From positions 320,001-384,000 of the forward strand of contig CAWJKZ010000019.1 of NCBI GenBank assembly GCA_963843575.1: a stretch of 64,000 nucleotides of DNA. Direction: 5' to 3'. The notes beneath the pieces were generated by a model. That model searched no databases. It was given only the letters and a program-made list of their open reading frames with translations, and had not been told where the DNA came from. Source of the DNA: an uncultured Acidobacteriota bacterium. GTDB taxonomy: Bacteria; Acidobacteriota; UBA6911. A program made the position numbers and the translations under genes. Position 1 is the stretch's first letter. Every line of letters starts with the position of its first letter. Positions 34,057-43,725 of this stretch are shown here, piece after piece.

Positions 34057-34248
34057 AGGACTGTGAAGCCTCCGCAACTCCGGAAACACCTGCGCCCCGA
34101 CACCGGCGACATGCCCGAAGCCGTTCTGGCGGCACAATCCTAGTCCTCGGTGACTGTGTTTTCTCGGACGCGGATGGTGAAACGGTGGGGGGTGTCCCCG
34201 TGCAGGGTTGTGACAGCGTCAGGATTATCAAGTAACTGTGCGGTGGCG

Positions 34249-34284
34249 CGGAGGCCGGGCATCGCGCCCGGCCTCCGGTTTTTC
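34249..34284 (+). terminator. Probable intrinsic terminator between convergent pfkA and osmC-like genes
   Basis: Stem CGGAGGCCGGGC/GCCCGGCCTCCG followed by GTTTTT. Confidence 0.55.
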
Positions 34285-34325
34285 CCGGGGCGTGGGCGGG
34301 CCGCCCCCGCCCACGAAACCAGGCT

Positions 34326-34904
34326 TTACCGGCTTGTGCGCTCGCTCACCTCGAGCCTGGCGTCGATGCGGACCGGGCGCGAGAGGTTGTAGAAGTTCGG
34401 CGACGTCTTCATGACGTTCTCGTGAATCTCCTGGAATTGCTCGCGCGTGCCGTTGCCCTGGATCCGGACCGTGTAGCGGATGCTGTCGTATCCCGGCTTT
34501 ACGTTCTCGTCGAGCCCGAGGAAACCGCGCAGGTCGAGCGCCCCCTCGGTCTCGATCTCGAGCTTCTCGAGGGTGATGCCGTGCACGGCGGCCCCGGCCA
34601 CGTATCCCACCATGACGCAGGCGTTGAGCGCCGCCATAAGCAGCTCCTGTGGATTCGGGGCGGTGTTCTGGCCCAGCAACTCGAGCGGCTCGTCGGCGTT
34701 TATCCTGAAACTCCGCGGGACTCTCGCCCCGCCGATCGTGTAGGACTCGACCACCGCCTCGCTGCGGGCCTGGCCGCGCCATTCGCTCTTGACCCGGAAT
34801 TCGACCATTCCCTTGGACGGGTCCTGCCCGACGGTTCGGACGACCTCCTGAAGGGCATCCAGGTCCAGGCCGTTCACGCGGTTTGCGGTCTTTACTGCGG
34901 TCAT
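34326..34904 (-). CDS. OsmC-family protein
   Basis: NGLDLDAL, ADEPLELLGQNTAPNPQELLMAALNAC, LDLRGFLGL, TSPN. Confidence 0.88.
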   Translation of the reverse strand: MTAVKTANRVNGLDLDALQEVVRTVGQDPSKGMVEFRVKSEWRGQARSEAVVESYTIGGARVPRSFRINADEPLELLGQNTAPNPQELLMAALNACVMVGYVAGAAVHGITLEKLEIETEGALDLRGFLGLDENVKPGYDSIRYTVRIQGNGTREQFQEIHENVMKTSPNFYNLSRPVRIDARLEVSERTSR

Positions 34905-35001
34905 GTCGTTTCTCCGTGAAGTAGGTGTTTTGGGTCTACCACTAGCGACGCACTGCCTTCGGGCCGTGCGCGCATCGGGGAATCGGGAACTCGGCGATTC
35001 C

Positions 35002-35913
35002 TCAACAGAAGGCCGGCGACAACTCTTCCACCTTCGCTCGCGCCGAGGGGTGGAGGTCTTCCAGGGTCGCCAGGAAGTTCCGGTGTGTCATGCCGGAGCC
35101 CAGATAAGTCCACCGGATGGCTTGTTTCTGGACGTCGGTGAACTCCTCGCGCTCGCCGTCGCTGAGCGTGCGTCCGGCGGCCCGCTCGAGACCTTCCAGG
35201 TCGAACCGGACCTGCTGCATGAGGCCGCCGTCGAGCAGAGCTCCGATTTCGAGATACTCGTCGAGCGCCGTTTCGACCTCGGTGTCGCCGCACGTTCCGC
35301 GGAGCGCCTCGATCATCAGCGTGTCCAGCTTGGCGTGCTGCGCCTCTTCCATCCAGTGGTGTTTCAGGAGGCTCTTGAATTGGGGGTCGAGGTTGTCGTT
35401 GGTCTGCACGCTGTCCAGATAGTGGCGCTGCGTCATCCACTCGATGTGGGCGATGGTGAGCGCCACGGCCAGCGGGTGGTGCGCCAGCACCGCCTGCGCT
35501 ATCTCGCGCGGCGGGCCGATCACCTGGCACTCGTTGCCGAAACCAGCCAGGAATTCCTGCCGGAAGCACTTGAAGAGGTGGATGTGTTTGGCCTCCTCCC
35601 CGGCGAAGCGCAGCAACGCCCGCACCCTGTAGTCGTCGCCGTTCAGCTCGGGACGGGTGTGATCCAGCACGAACGGCAGGATGAATTCCTCGACCAGACC
35701 GAATGTGTACAGGTAACCGTGTCCCCGGATCTGGTTCAGGATCAGTTTCTCGGTGGCGCTCAGGAACGAAAGCGGCTCCACGCGTGCCAAGGACTCGGGC
35801 AGGAAAGGTTTCGTGAAATCGAGGGTCCTCCCCCCCCCGATGAGGTCTTCCACGCGCCAGTTAACCTTCTCCGAGGCGGCCAGCGCACCCTGGTAAGTGA
35901 ATTGGTGATTCAT
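35002..35913 (-). CDS. Ferritin-like diiron protein (AurF-like/diiron oxygenase)
   Basis: VEEFI, EEAKH, IEW, EEAQH: two ExxH motifs with upstream Glu ligands; GGAGG RBS. Confidence 0.75.
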   Translation of the reverse strand: MNHQFTYQGALAASEKVNWRVEDLIGGGRTLDFTKPFLPESLARVEPLSFLSATEKLILNQIRGHGYLYTFGLVEEFILPFVLDHTRPELNGDDYRVRALLRFAGEEAKHIHLFKCFRQEFLAGFGNECQVIGPPREIAQAVLAHHPLAVALTIAHIEWMTQRHYLDSVQTNDNLDPQFKSLLKHHWMEEAQHAKLDTLMIEALRGTCGDTEVETALDEYLEIGALLDGGLMQQVRFDLEGLERAAGRTLSDGEREEFTDVQKQAIRWTYLGSGMTHRNFLATLEDLHPSARAKVEELSPAFC

Positions 35914-35978
35914 TTCGCCCCTCCTTTTTCGCGTTCGGCCTCTCTTGGCCTCTGACACTGGAAATCTTGTGGCAGGAC

Positions 35979-36031
35979 CGTGTGAACCTGCGTTTGAAGC
36001 TCAGTGGAAATTGATCTAAAATTCGTGTGAA
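35979..36031 (-). promoter_or_regulatory. Direct repeats with ~11-bp period, candidate SARP operator
   Basis: Minus strand TTCACACG-aat-TTTAGATC-aat-TTCCACTG-agc-TTCAAACG-cagg-TTCACACG. Confidence 0.5.
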
Positions 36032-36069
36032 TTCCCCCTCCCGAGAATTCCGCCGAAACTGGAAAAGCC

Positions 36070-39000
36070 ATGCCGGAACCCGCACAGCTGTCCGTACGAC
36101 TGCTGGGAGAGCTCGAGATCGCGCGCGGCTCCCGGCGCGTCCAACTGCCGCAGTCAAAGAAGACGCGGGCCTTGCTCGGGTACCTGGTGGCTACGAGGCG
36201 GCCGCACCGGCGCGAACGACTATGCGAGCTGCTCTGGGACGTGACGGACGACCCGCGGGGGGCGCTGCGCTGGAGCCTGAGCCGGTTGCGCACCCTGGTG
36301 AATGAACCCGGCAGATGCAGGATCCTGGCGGATCGCAACAGCGTCGCATTCCAGCCCGAAGACGCGGCGATCGACCTTTCCGAGCTGCGCGAATCGCTGG
36401 CGGGCGGGATCGACGACAGACCCGTGCAGGAGCTGGAAAGGCTTGCCGCCATGTTCCGCGGGGAGTTCCTCGAGGGGCTCGACCTGGCGGACTTTCACCA
36501 TTTCCACTCCTGGTGCATCGCGGAGCGCGAACAGGCACGGACGGCACACGCCGCGGTGCTCGGCGCGCTGATAGGGCGTCTCTCGTCCAGGCCGCAGGAC
36601 GCCCTACCACACGCACGCGTGCTCGCGCGCATCGACCCGCTCAGCGAGAGGGCGCACGCGGACCTGGTCCGGCTGCTCGCCGCAGCAGGGAAGCGTGCGG
36701 AGGCGGAGCAGCAACAGGCCGCCTCCGCCCGGCTCTTGAAGGAGATGGGGGTGGCCCCCTCCGGGGAGCTCGAGGAGGCGCGCAGGCTGCTCGTCGTGCG
36801 GGTCCCGGCCACGCGCGCGGAACGGGTCTCGTCCGCAGCGGCGGCCGAGCCATCGGAGCCGGAGGAATCCATCGGGCCGTCGTCGTTCCATGCAGCAGAG
36901 CTTGTCGGTCGTGGGACTGAGCGTGAGCGCCTCCTCTCGGCGCTTGCCGACGTCAGCGCGCGACGCCGCGAGCGCATTCTCCTGGTGACGGGCGAGCCCG
37001 GGATCGGCAAGACCCGGCTGGCCGGCGAACTCGTGGCGGAAGTCCACCGCTTGGGCGGCACCGTGCTGGACGGCCGTGCCTATGAGGCGGAGAAGACCAG
37101 GCCGTACGGTCCGTGGACCGAGGCGCTGGGGTGCCTGCCGGCCTCCAGCATCGGGAGCACGCTCGGCGCGGATCTGGCGGCGTTGCTGCCGGACCTGCCC
37201 TACCACGACGGGGACCAACGCGGCCGCGACCGGACGTTCGCGGCCGTGGTTGAGCTCGTTGCGGCCCGCGCCCACAGCGCCCCGCCGGTGCTCCTCTTCC
37301 TGGACGACCTGCAGTGGTGCGACGAGGCGTCCGCGGCGCTGCTGCACTACGTGGTGCGGATGAGCCGCCATCGCGCGGTGCTCGTGGCCCTGGGGGCGCG
37401 CGAGGGGGAGTTGCCGGACAACGGTCCCGTGCAGCGGCTCCTGCTCAGCCTGCGCCGCGACGGGCTGCTCGATGAGGTCCGGCTGCTGCCGTTGAGCCGC
37501 GACGACACTTCCCGGCTGGCGCGCTCGCTGGCCCCGGACGCGGATGGGGAGTTCGTCCACAGCCTCAGCGCGGGCAACCCGCTGCTGGCCCTGGAAGCCG
37601 CCCGCTGTCTCCCACGCCGCCGGGACACGCTGCCGCCGACGCTCTCGAACCTGGTGAGGGAGCGCATCGGAGGCCTGCCGGCGGGAACCCTGGACGTGCT
37701 GCGCTGGTGCGCAGTGCTGGGCCAGACCTTCAGCCTCGCCGTCGTCGCCGAGCTGGCCCGCGCGGGCGCCGACGATCTGGTTTCGGCGCTCGAAACCCTC
37801 GAGCGCCGCGCCCTGCTGATCGGGACAGCGAAGCCGGCGCCGCGCGGCCCGGAGTACGCCTTCGCGCACGGCATCGTCCGGCAGGTGGTCTACGCCGACC
37901 TGTCCGAGCCGCGGCGGCGGCTCATGCACCTTCAGGTGGCCCGGTGCCTGAACGGCATGCCCGACAGGTGCGAGGGGCTGGCCGAGGAGATCGCCCGCCA
38001 CGCGGCCCTGGGCGGGGACGCGGCGATGGCGGCAAAGGCGTGCGTCGCGGCCGCCCGGCGCTGCCTGCGCGTCTTCGCCAATACCGAGGCCGAAACCTTC
38101 GCCCGCCGCGGCATCCACTACGCGGAGCAGCTCGGCGGGGCCGAACGCCTGCAGCGCCTGCTCGAGCTGGTACACGTGCGGATCGTCGCGCGACGGCCCG
38201 AAGCGGGCGACGACGCCATAAGGGAGATCGAACAGCTCGCCGAACTCGCCCTGGACCACAGCTGCGCCGAACACGCGCGCCTCGGCTTTCACATCCTCGG
38301 GTACCTGCACTGGGAACGGGGGGAGTGGCGCGACGCCGAACGCCACATGCTGCGCGCGGAACAGATCAGCCGGTCGTCCGGCGACAGGGAGCGGGTGATC
38401 GCCATGGCCGAAGCGGCGCGCTGCCTGACGCTGCTCGAGCGCGACCTCGGCAGGGCGGAGTCCCTGGTGCTGCAGGCCGGCGCACTCTCGGCCACGCTCG
38501 ACGTGAGGCCTGCCGCCATCCCCGACGCGGAGGGAATGCTGCGCCTGCACGAGGGCGTGCTCGACGAGGCGGCGTCGCTGTTCGAGCAGGCGCGCCTGCT
38601 GGCCCGCGCCGACGGAAACCGACTCGATGAGTTCCACGCGCTCGAACACCTGGTCATGGTCGAGCTTCAGCGCCAGGACTACGCCCTCGCTCTGCAGCTG
38701 GGCGAGGAGCTCATCAGGCTGGGCGCCAGGCTGCGCGAAGGGAGCGAAGCACCTTTCGCCCGGGCCCTCGCGGCCCTGTCGGGGCGTGCACTCGGTTGCG
38801 CGGGCGCCCGCGAGAACCTGGAACAGGCACTCGGGGAGTTGCGCGCCTCCGACGCGAAACACCGGCTCGCCTACGTGCTGACCCGCGCCGCCGCCGGCGA
38901 CCTCTCGGCAGGCGAGCCCTGGCTCGCCCGCCGGCGCGCCTCCGAAGCCCTGCCGATCGCGCGCGCCCTCAAGCGCCCCAGCGAAATCGCCCTCGCCCTC

Positions 39001-39135
39001 GTCGTGCTCGTGCAGGCCGCTTCCGCCCTGAAGGATGGCAAGGGGCGGGCGCGGTTCGTCGCCGAACTGCGGCGGCAACCCCTGCTCGGGGTCTCCCACG
39101 CCGTGCGCGGGGCCGTGGAGGCTCTGCCCCGCTGA
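36070..39135 (+). CDS. SARP/AfsR-like regulator (wHTH-BTAD, AAA ATPase, TPR-like)
   Basis: LLGELEI, RERLCELLW, DPLSERAH, Walker A GEPGIGKT, Walker B LFLDDLQW. Confidence 0.9.
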   Translation: MPEPAQLSVRLLGELEIARGSRRVQLPQSKKTRALLGYLVATRRPHRRERLCELLWDVTDDPRGALRWSLSRLRTLVNEPGRCRILADRNSVAFQPEDAAIDLSELRESLAGGIDDRPVQELERLAAMFRGEFLEGLDLADFHHFHSWCIAEREQARTAHAAVLGALIGRLSSRPQDALPHARVLARIDPLSERAHADLVRLLAAAGKRAEAEQQQAASARLLKEMGVAPSGELEEARRLLVVRVPATRAERVSSAAAAEPSEPEESIGPSSFHAAELVGRGTERERLLSALADVSARRRERILLVTGEPGIGKTRLAGELVAEVHRLGGTVLDGRAYEAEKTRPYGPWTEALGCLPASSIGSTLGADLAALLPDLPYHDGDQRGRDRTFAAVVELVAARAHSAPPVLLFLDDLQWCDEASAALLHYVVRMSRHRAVLVALGAREGELPDNGPVQRLLLSLRRDGLLDEVRLLPLSRDDTSRLARSLAPDADGEFVHSLSAGNPLLALEAARCLPRRRDTLPPTLSNLVRERIGGLPAGTLDVLRWCAVLGQTFSLAVVAELARAGADDLVSALETLERRALLIGTAKPAPRGPEYAFAHGIVRQVVYADLSEPRRRLMHLQVARCLNGMPDRCEGLAEEIARHAALGGDAAMAAKACVAAARRCLRVFANTEAETFARRGIHYAEQLGGAERLQRLLELVHVRIVARRPEAGDDAIREIEQLAELALDHSCAEHARLGFHILGYLHWERGEWRDAERHMLRAEQISRSSGDRERVIAMAEAARCLTLLERDLGRAESLVLQAGALSATLDVRPAAIPDAEGMLRLHEGVLDEAASLFEQARLLARADGNRLDEFHALEHLVMVELQRQDYALALQLGEELIRLGARLREGSEAPFARALAALSGRALGCAGARENLEQALGELRASDAKHRLAYVLTRAAAGDLSAGEPWLARRRASEALPIARALKRPSEIALALVVLVQAASALKDGKGRARFVAELRRQPLLGVSHAVRGAVEALPR

Positions 39136-39142
39136 GTGGGTC

Positions 39143-39248
39143 AGTGGGTCCGGGCTTCAGCCCGGACGTCTTTAGAACCGTGCCATACAGTAAAGCTTGC
39201 GCCGCATAGCGACCGCAAACGGCGTCCGGGCTGAAGCCCGGACCCACT
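39143..39248. repeat. REP doublet (REPIN-like), family 4
   Basis: Perfect 26-bp IR AGTGGGTCCGGGCTTCAGCCCGGACG (39143-39168 / 39223-39248); each arm is itself a hairpin. Confidence 0.85.
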
Positions 39249-39304
39249 TGTGTTTTAGAGTAGCTCTTTATATAATAAAGTACTTTGCCAATATAGGAGC
39301 CCAT

Positions 39305-40549
39305 ATGACCAAACGCATCGCTGCCATCGCGTTCATCTTCGTCTGCACCTCCGCGGCCTGGGGGATTCTCGGCGCTACGATGTTCGCACGCACGTACTCG
39401 TCGGATTCATCCCTGCGGGGAAGGGTGCAGTCCTCCTGGGGCGCACCCCAGGTCCAGCGCCCGCCCGTCGCCTCCTGGACGGATTGCATCCGCAAGACGG
39501 TGGAAAAGGTCGAAGACGGCAAGAAGGTCGTCAGCACGACTGCCGAGAGCGTTTCGCGCCGCCTGCCGCTCGAAGCGAGCGACATCACGGCAGACCTGCA
39601 CCTCGACTACAGGCAGAAGGGCCTCCTCTGGTACAGCACCTACCAGGTAGGCTTTTCCGGTTCGTACACCTTCCGCAACGACACCGCGGCGCGGCAGTGG
39701 GTGACTTTCACCCTCGAACTCCCGGCGGCGCAGACGATCTACGACAACCTGGAGATGTCTGTCGGGGACCAGCTGCTGGAGATCTCCAACAGTGGCGGCA
39801 AGGCGTACGCCCGGGCGTATCTGCCGCCGTCGGGTTCCGACGTTCTCCGCGTCCGGTACCGGTCGCAGGGCGTCGATAGCTGGGCCTACAACTTCGGATC
39901 CGAGATCTCGCAGGTGCGCAATTTCCGGCTCCGGGTCCTCACCGATTTCAGGGGAATGGATTTTGCCGAGAACACGCTTTCGCCTACCGGGAAACGCGAG
40001 ACCCCGGCCGGCTGGGACCTGACCTGGGCCTACACAAATCTCCTCTCCGGCTACCAGATCGGGATCCGCATGCCCGAAAAGCTGCAACCTGGCCCGCTGG
40101 CCGGGCGCATCAGCCTCTTCGCGCCGGTGTCGCTGCTGTTCTTCTTCTTCCTGCTGTTCGTGATCGCCACGCTGCGTCGGGTCGACCTCCACCCGATGAA
40201 CTATTTCTTCCTGGCGGCGGCGTTCTTCTCGTTCCACCTGCTGCTCGCATACCTGGTCGACCACGTCTCCATTCACGCGGCCTTCGTGATCTCGGCCGCA
40301 ACCTCGATCGTCCTCGTGGTCAGCTACCTGAGGCTGGTGGTCGGGTTGCGCTTCGCCCTGGTCGAGGCGGGCCTGATGCAGATCTGCTACCTGGTGCTCT
40401 TTTCCTACGCCTTCTTCTTCGAGGGCTACACCGGGCTGGCGATCACGATCGGGGCGGTGATGACGCTCTTCGTCGTGATGCAATTGACCGGCAGAATCCG
40501 CTGGTCCGAGAGATTCTCGAGCCCGCGGCCGGGGCTGGAGCGCGCCTGA
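39305..40549 (+). CDS. CreD-family inner-membrane protein
   Basis: N-terminal TM, periplasmic domain, six C-terminal TMs with LHPMNY and VVMQLTGRIRW. Confidence 0.75.
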   Translation: MTKRIAAIAFIFVCTSAAWGILGATMFARTYSSDSSLRGRVQSSWGAPQVQRPPVASWTDCIRKTVEKVEDGKKVVSTTAESVSRRLPLEASDITADLHLDYRQKGLLWYSTYQVGFSGSYTFRNDTAARQWVTFTLELPAAQTIYDNLEMSVGDQLLEISNSGGKAYARAYLPPSGSDVLRVRYRSQGVDSWAYNFGSEISQVRNFRLRVLTDFRGMDFAENTLSPTGKRETPAGWDLTWAYTNLLSGYQIGIRMPEKLQPGPLAGRISLFAPVSLLFFFFLLFVIATLRRVDLHPMNYFFLAAAFFSFHLLLAYLVDHVSIHAAFVISAATSIVLVVSYLRLVVGLRFALVEAGLMQICYLVLFSYAFFFEGYTGLAITIGAVMTLFVVMQLTGRIRWSERFSSPRPGLERA

Positions 40550-40690
40550 GCGGCCCGGCCCTCGTGTCGCCACCTTTTCCCCGGGGCGCGCGGAAGCGCG
40601 CCAGCCGGGGTGGCGGCAGAAGGAGGGCATATTCGCGGGCGGCAGGCCGTGGTAGACTCGGTTCCCGGTCAAGGTGCAAAGGAGTGCGTT

Positions 40691-41818
40691 ATGGCAACTG
40701 CATCCGTGGCTGCCGCCCAGAAGGTCACCGCCGCAGCCCCCGGGCTCCCTCTCGGCAACCCGCTCTCTCACCGGCTCACGTCCCTCGATGCCTATCGCGG
40801 CTTCATCATGCTGCTCCTGGTCTCCAGCGGTTTCGGCTTTGGGTCGCTGGAGGCTTATCCGGGCCTTGCCTGGCTCGCGAGACAGGTGGATCACGCGGAA
40901 TGGACGGGGTGCACGTTCTGGGACCTCATCCAGCCCGCGTTCACGTTCATGGTCGGGATGGCGATGCCTTTCTCCCTCGGGCGCCGGAAAGCCGCAGGCG
41001 CAACCTCCGGGGAATTGCTGCGGCACGTCCTCTGGCGCGCGTTCGTCCTGATCCTGCTGAGCAACATCCTCTCGAACTTCAACTCGAGGGGAGTGCCGCG
41101 GCTTCAGCTGATCAACGTGCTCTGCCAGGTCGCCTTCGGCTACGTCATCTGCTTCGCCGTGTACCAGCTCAGGTTCCTTTGGCAGGCGGTGACCGCGGCC
41201 GGTCTGTTGGTGGGCTATTGGGCGCTCTTCGCCGCGTTCCCCGGTCCCGAGGGGGCGTTCTCGCAGACGGGGAACATCGGCCAGGTCATCGATCAGGCGG
41301 TGCTGGGGTACAACTACTCGGGCTATTACACGACCATCAACTTCATCGGCAATTCGATCACGATCATCTTCGGGATGTGGGCGGGAACGCTCGTTCTTCG
41401 CCCCGGCACGCACGCCCACCGGATAAAGGTGCTGGCCCTCTGCGCGCTGGCGGGGTTTGCCCTGGGACTCGCACTCGAGCCCTTCAACCCGATGGTCAAG
41501 CGCCTCTGGACGGCGTCTTTCACCTTCTTCAGCGCGGGATGGGTGCTGGTGATGCTGCTGGCGTTCTACTGGATCGTGGAGGTCAAGCGCATCGACCGGT
41601 GGACGTTCCCGTTCATCGTGCTGGGGACGAACTCGATATTCATCTACTCGTTTTCCCAGGTTCTGCACGGTTGGCTCCAACACGGCATCGGGGTGTTCAC
41701 CCGCAACTTCGAGTTCCTCGGGCCCACGGGAGCCATCCCCCTGAACCTGTTGACGCTCGCGGCGATGTGGTACATGTGCTACTGGCTCTACCGCCGCAGG
41801 ATATTCTTCAAGATCTGA
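40691..41818 (+). CDS. Heparan-alpha-glucosaminide N-acetyltransferase-like (NagX/DUF5009) membrane protein
   Basis: RLTSLDAYRG, HAEWTGCTFWDLIQPAF, KRLWTASF, GTNSIFIY, LYRRRIFFKI. Confidence 0.88.
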   Translation: MATASVAAAQKVTAAAPGLPLGNPLSHRLTSLDAYRGFIMLLLVSSGFGFGSLEAYPGLAWLARQVDHAEWTGCTFWDLIQPAFTFMVGMAMPFSLGRRKAAGATSGELLRHVLWRAFVLILLSNILSNFNSRGVPRLQLINVLCQVAFGYVICFAVYQLRFLWQAVTAAGLLVGYWALFAAFPGPEGAFSQTGNIGQVIDQAVLGYNYSGYYTTINFIGNSITIIFGMWAGTLVLRPGTHAHRIKVLALCALAGFALGLALEPFNPMVKRLWTASFTFFSAGWVLVMLLAFYWIVEVKRIDRWTFPFIVLGTNSIFIYSFSQVLHGWLQHGIGVFTRNFEFLGPTGAIPLNLLTLAAMWYMCYWLYRRRIFFKI

Positions 41819-41842
41819 TGGAGGGAGGCTTCTGTAGAACTC

Positions 41843-41878
41843 ACCTCCAAGGCTCGAAGGACTCCAAGGATCTCAAAG
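41843..41878 (+). repeat. Family 2 repeat
   Basis: ACCTCCAAGGCTCGAAGGACTCCAAGGATCTCAAAG. Confidence 0.6.
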
Positions 41879-41905
41879 CTCGGTTGGGCTTGCGAAGGAG
41901 CTCGA

Positions 41906-43639
41906 ATGCGGACCCATCAGGTGCTGCTGTGGACTCTGCTGTTGTGCCCCTCCATGCTCGGCGCCGATCTCCCCGGCCGCTATTTCACGCTGCTCGACGC
42001 CGGCGCGGCGCAGGTGGAAAAGCGTCTTTCGGCCGAACCGGGCGCCGATCTCGCGGCGCTTGAGGTGCGCCCGGGTTGGCGCCATTTCCCATACGCCATT
42101 CTCGCGCCCGCGGTCCTGTTCGCGCAGCGGCACCCGCAGAACGCGCGTTACCGCGATCCCGCGCTCCTCGGACTCGCCGTGCGCATCGGGGATCTCCTGG
42201 CGAGCGAAAACGAAAAGGGCGTGTACGAGCCCCGGCTGGACAGCGACTGGGACACTTACATGTGGCTCGAGGCGTACCGCCTTCTCGAGCGGGACCTGGG
42301 GGCGGAACGGCGCGCGCGCTGGAGGCGCGAGATCGAAAAGAACGTGGCCCTGCTGGTGCCGGAGACCAAGGAGCGGCTCGATTTCCCGTGGTACCACTCC
42401 CCCTTCATCGGCACCTCGCCCAACCACTATGCCCAGTGGGCCTCCATCCTCCATTTTGCCGGGCGGGTGTTCGGCAACCGCGAATGGGAGCAGCTGGGCG
42501 CCGCCGTGCTGCGCCGGTTCGCCACCGTGGAACAGTCCCCCGACGGCTATTGGGGGGAGCACAACAACTCCGGTCCCACCCCGGGATACAACCACCTGAC
42601 GCTGACGGCGCTTGCCCTCTACTACGAGTACACACGCGATCCCGCCGTGCTGCCCGCGTTGCGCAGGGCGGCGGAGTTCCACATCAATTACACCTATCCC
42701 GACGGAACAACGGTGGAGCTCCTCAACGACAGAAACCGCTACTGGGGGGTCAGCGCGTGGGGACAGTTCGCCTTTACGAATTTCGCCGAGGGTCGACGCT
42801 ACGCGGAGTTCCTGACCGGTTTCTTCCGCCCCGACGACCTCCCGATGGACGTGCTGGGCAGGCTTGCGCAGGATGCCCTCTACTATCACGCGGGACCCGC
42901 GAAACCGATCCCGCAGGACCTCCCGCGTTACCGCCACCGGATGACGGTGCCTGCCGGGATCCGCAAGTCGGGGGCATGGACCGTCGCCCTGTCGGGGCTG
43001 ATGAGCACCCAGGCCGTCAACAACCAGTTCTATCTGGACCGGCAGTCGTGCCTGAGCGTGTTTCATCAGCAGCTCGGGCTGATCATCACGGGCGCGAACT
43101 CCAAGCGACAACCGGAACTGGCCACGTTCTCCGAACGCCTCCTGGGCCAGACGTTCCACCTGCCGGTGAGCACGCGCCTGCAGATGGACGAGAGTGTGGA
43201 CAGGCTCTCGCTCGCGTACAACACCTTCTTCAGCGACCTCTACATCCCGGTCCCCGCCGGGGACGAGCTGTCGTTCCGGTTCGCCATCACGGGAAAGGGG
43301 AGCCCGTCTCAGGATCCGCGCCTCACCCTTCAGCTTTGCCTCAAGCCGGGTGAGCGTCTTGAAACGGGTGCCGGGAAGGTCCTGACGGTCGGGCCCGAGC
43401 ACGTCGAGTTGTCCCCGGAAGACCTGGGCGGCTCGATCCGGCATCACGGCTGGACGCTCAAGACCGACGCTGCTGCCCGGCTGGTCTGGCCTGTCTTCCC
43501 GTTCAACCCGTACGCGAACGCACCGGAGAAGGACCTGAAACACGCGGTCGCCGCCCTGTGGGTCCCGCTGACGTTGAAGGACGGAAAGTACATCAGGCCC
43601 GGCGAGCAGGAAATCCGGTTCGCCCTACAGGCCCGCTGA
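41906..43639 (+). CDS. Exported hypothetical protein, possibly (alpha/alpha)-toroid plus beta-sandwich (lyase/heparinase-like layout)
   Basis: Signal peptide; TSPNH and QSPDGYWGEH helical region; beta-rich C-terminus. Fold is inference. Confidence 0.55.
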   Translation: MRTHQVLLWTLLLCPSMLGADLPGRYFTLLDAGAAQVEKRLSAEPGADLAALEVRPGWRHFPYAILAPAVLFAQRHPQNARYRDPALLGLAVRIGDLLASENEKGVYEPRLDSDWDTYMWLEAYRLLERDLGAERRARWRREIEKNVALLVPETKERLDFPWYHSPFIGTSPNHYAQWASILHFAGRVFGNREWEQLGAAVLRRFATVEQSPDGYWGEHNNSGPTPGYNHLTLTALALYYEYTRDPAVLPALRRAAEFHINYTYPDGTTVELLNDRNRYWGVSAWGQFAFTNFAEGRRYAEFLTGFFRPDDLPMDVLGRLAQDALYYHAGPAKPIPQDLPRYRHRMTVPAGIRKSGAWTVALSGLMSTQAVNNQFYLDRQSCLSVFHQQLGLIITGANSKRQPELATFSERLLGQTFHLPVSTRLQMDESVDRLSLAYNTFFSDLYIPVPAGDELSFRFAITGKGSPSQDPRLTLQLCLKPGERLETGAGKVLTVGPEHVELSPEDLGGSIRHHGWTLKTDAAARLVWPVFPFNPYANAPEKDLKHAVAALWVPLTLKDGKYIRPGEQEIRFALQAR

Positions 43640-43695
43640 TCGGGCAGTGGGCGGGGGCGGCCCGCCCCGGCCCCGGGGGGAACGAGGGATGAAGC

Positions 43696-43724
43696 GGGCC
43701 GCGTCGAGCCGCCGCGGCCCACGT
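43696..43724. repeat. 29-bp hairpin repeat identical to 49052-49080
   Basis: GGGCCGCGTCGAGCCGCCGCGGCCCACGT at both sites. Confidence 0.85.
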
Positions 43725-43725
43725 G

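Noticed and set aside
36604-39099. Long antisense ORFs (36604..39099, 39407..41683, 48730..51519, 54777..57338 and others)
   Set aside because: Stop-poor shadows opposite well-supported genes in high-GC DNA, with no recognisable motifs.
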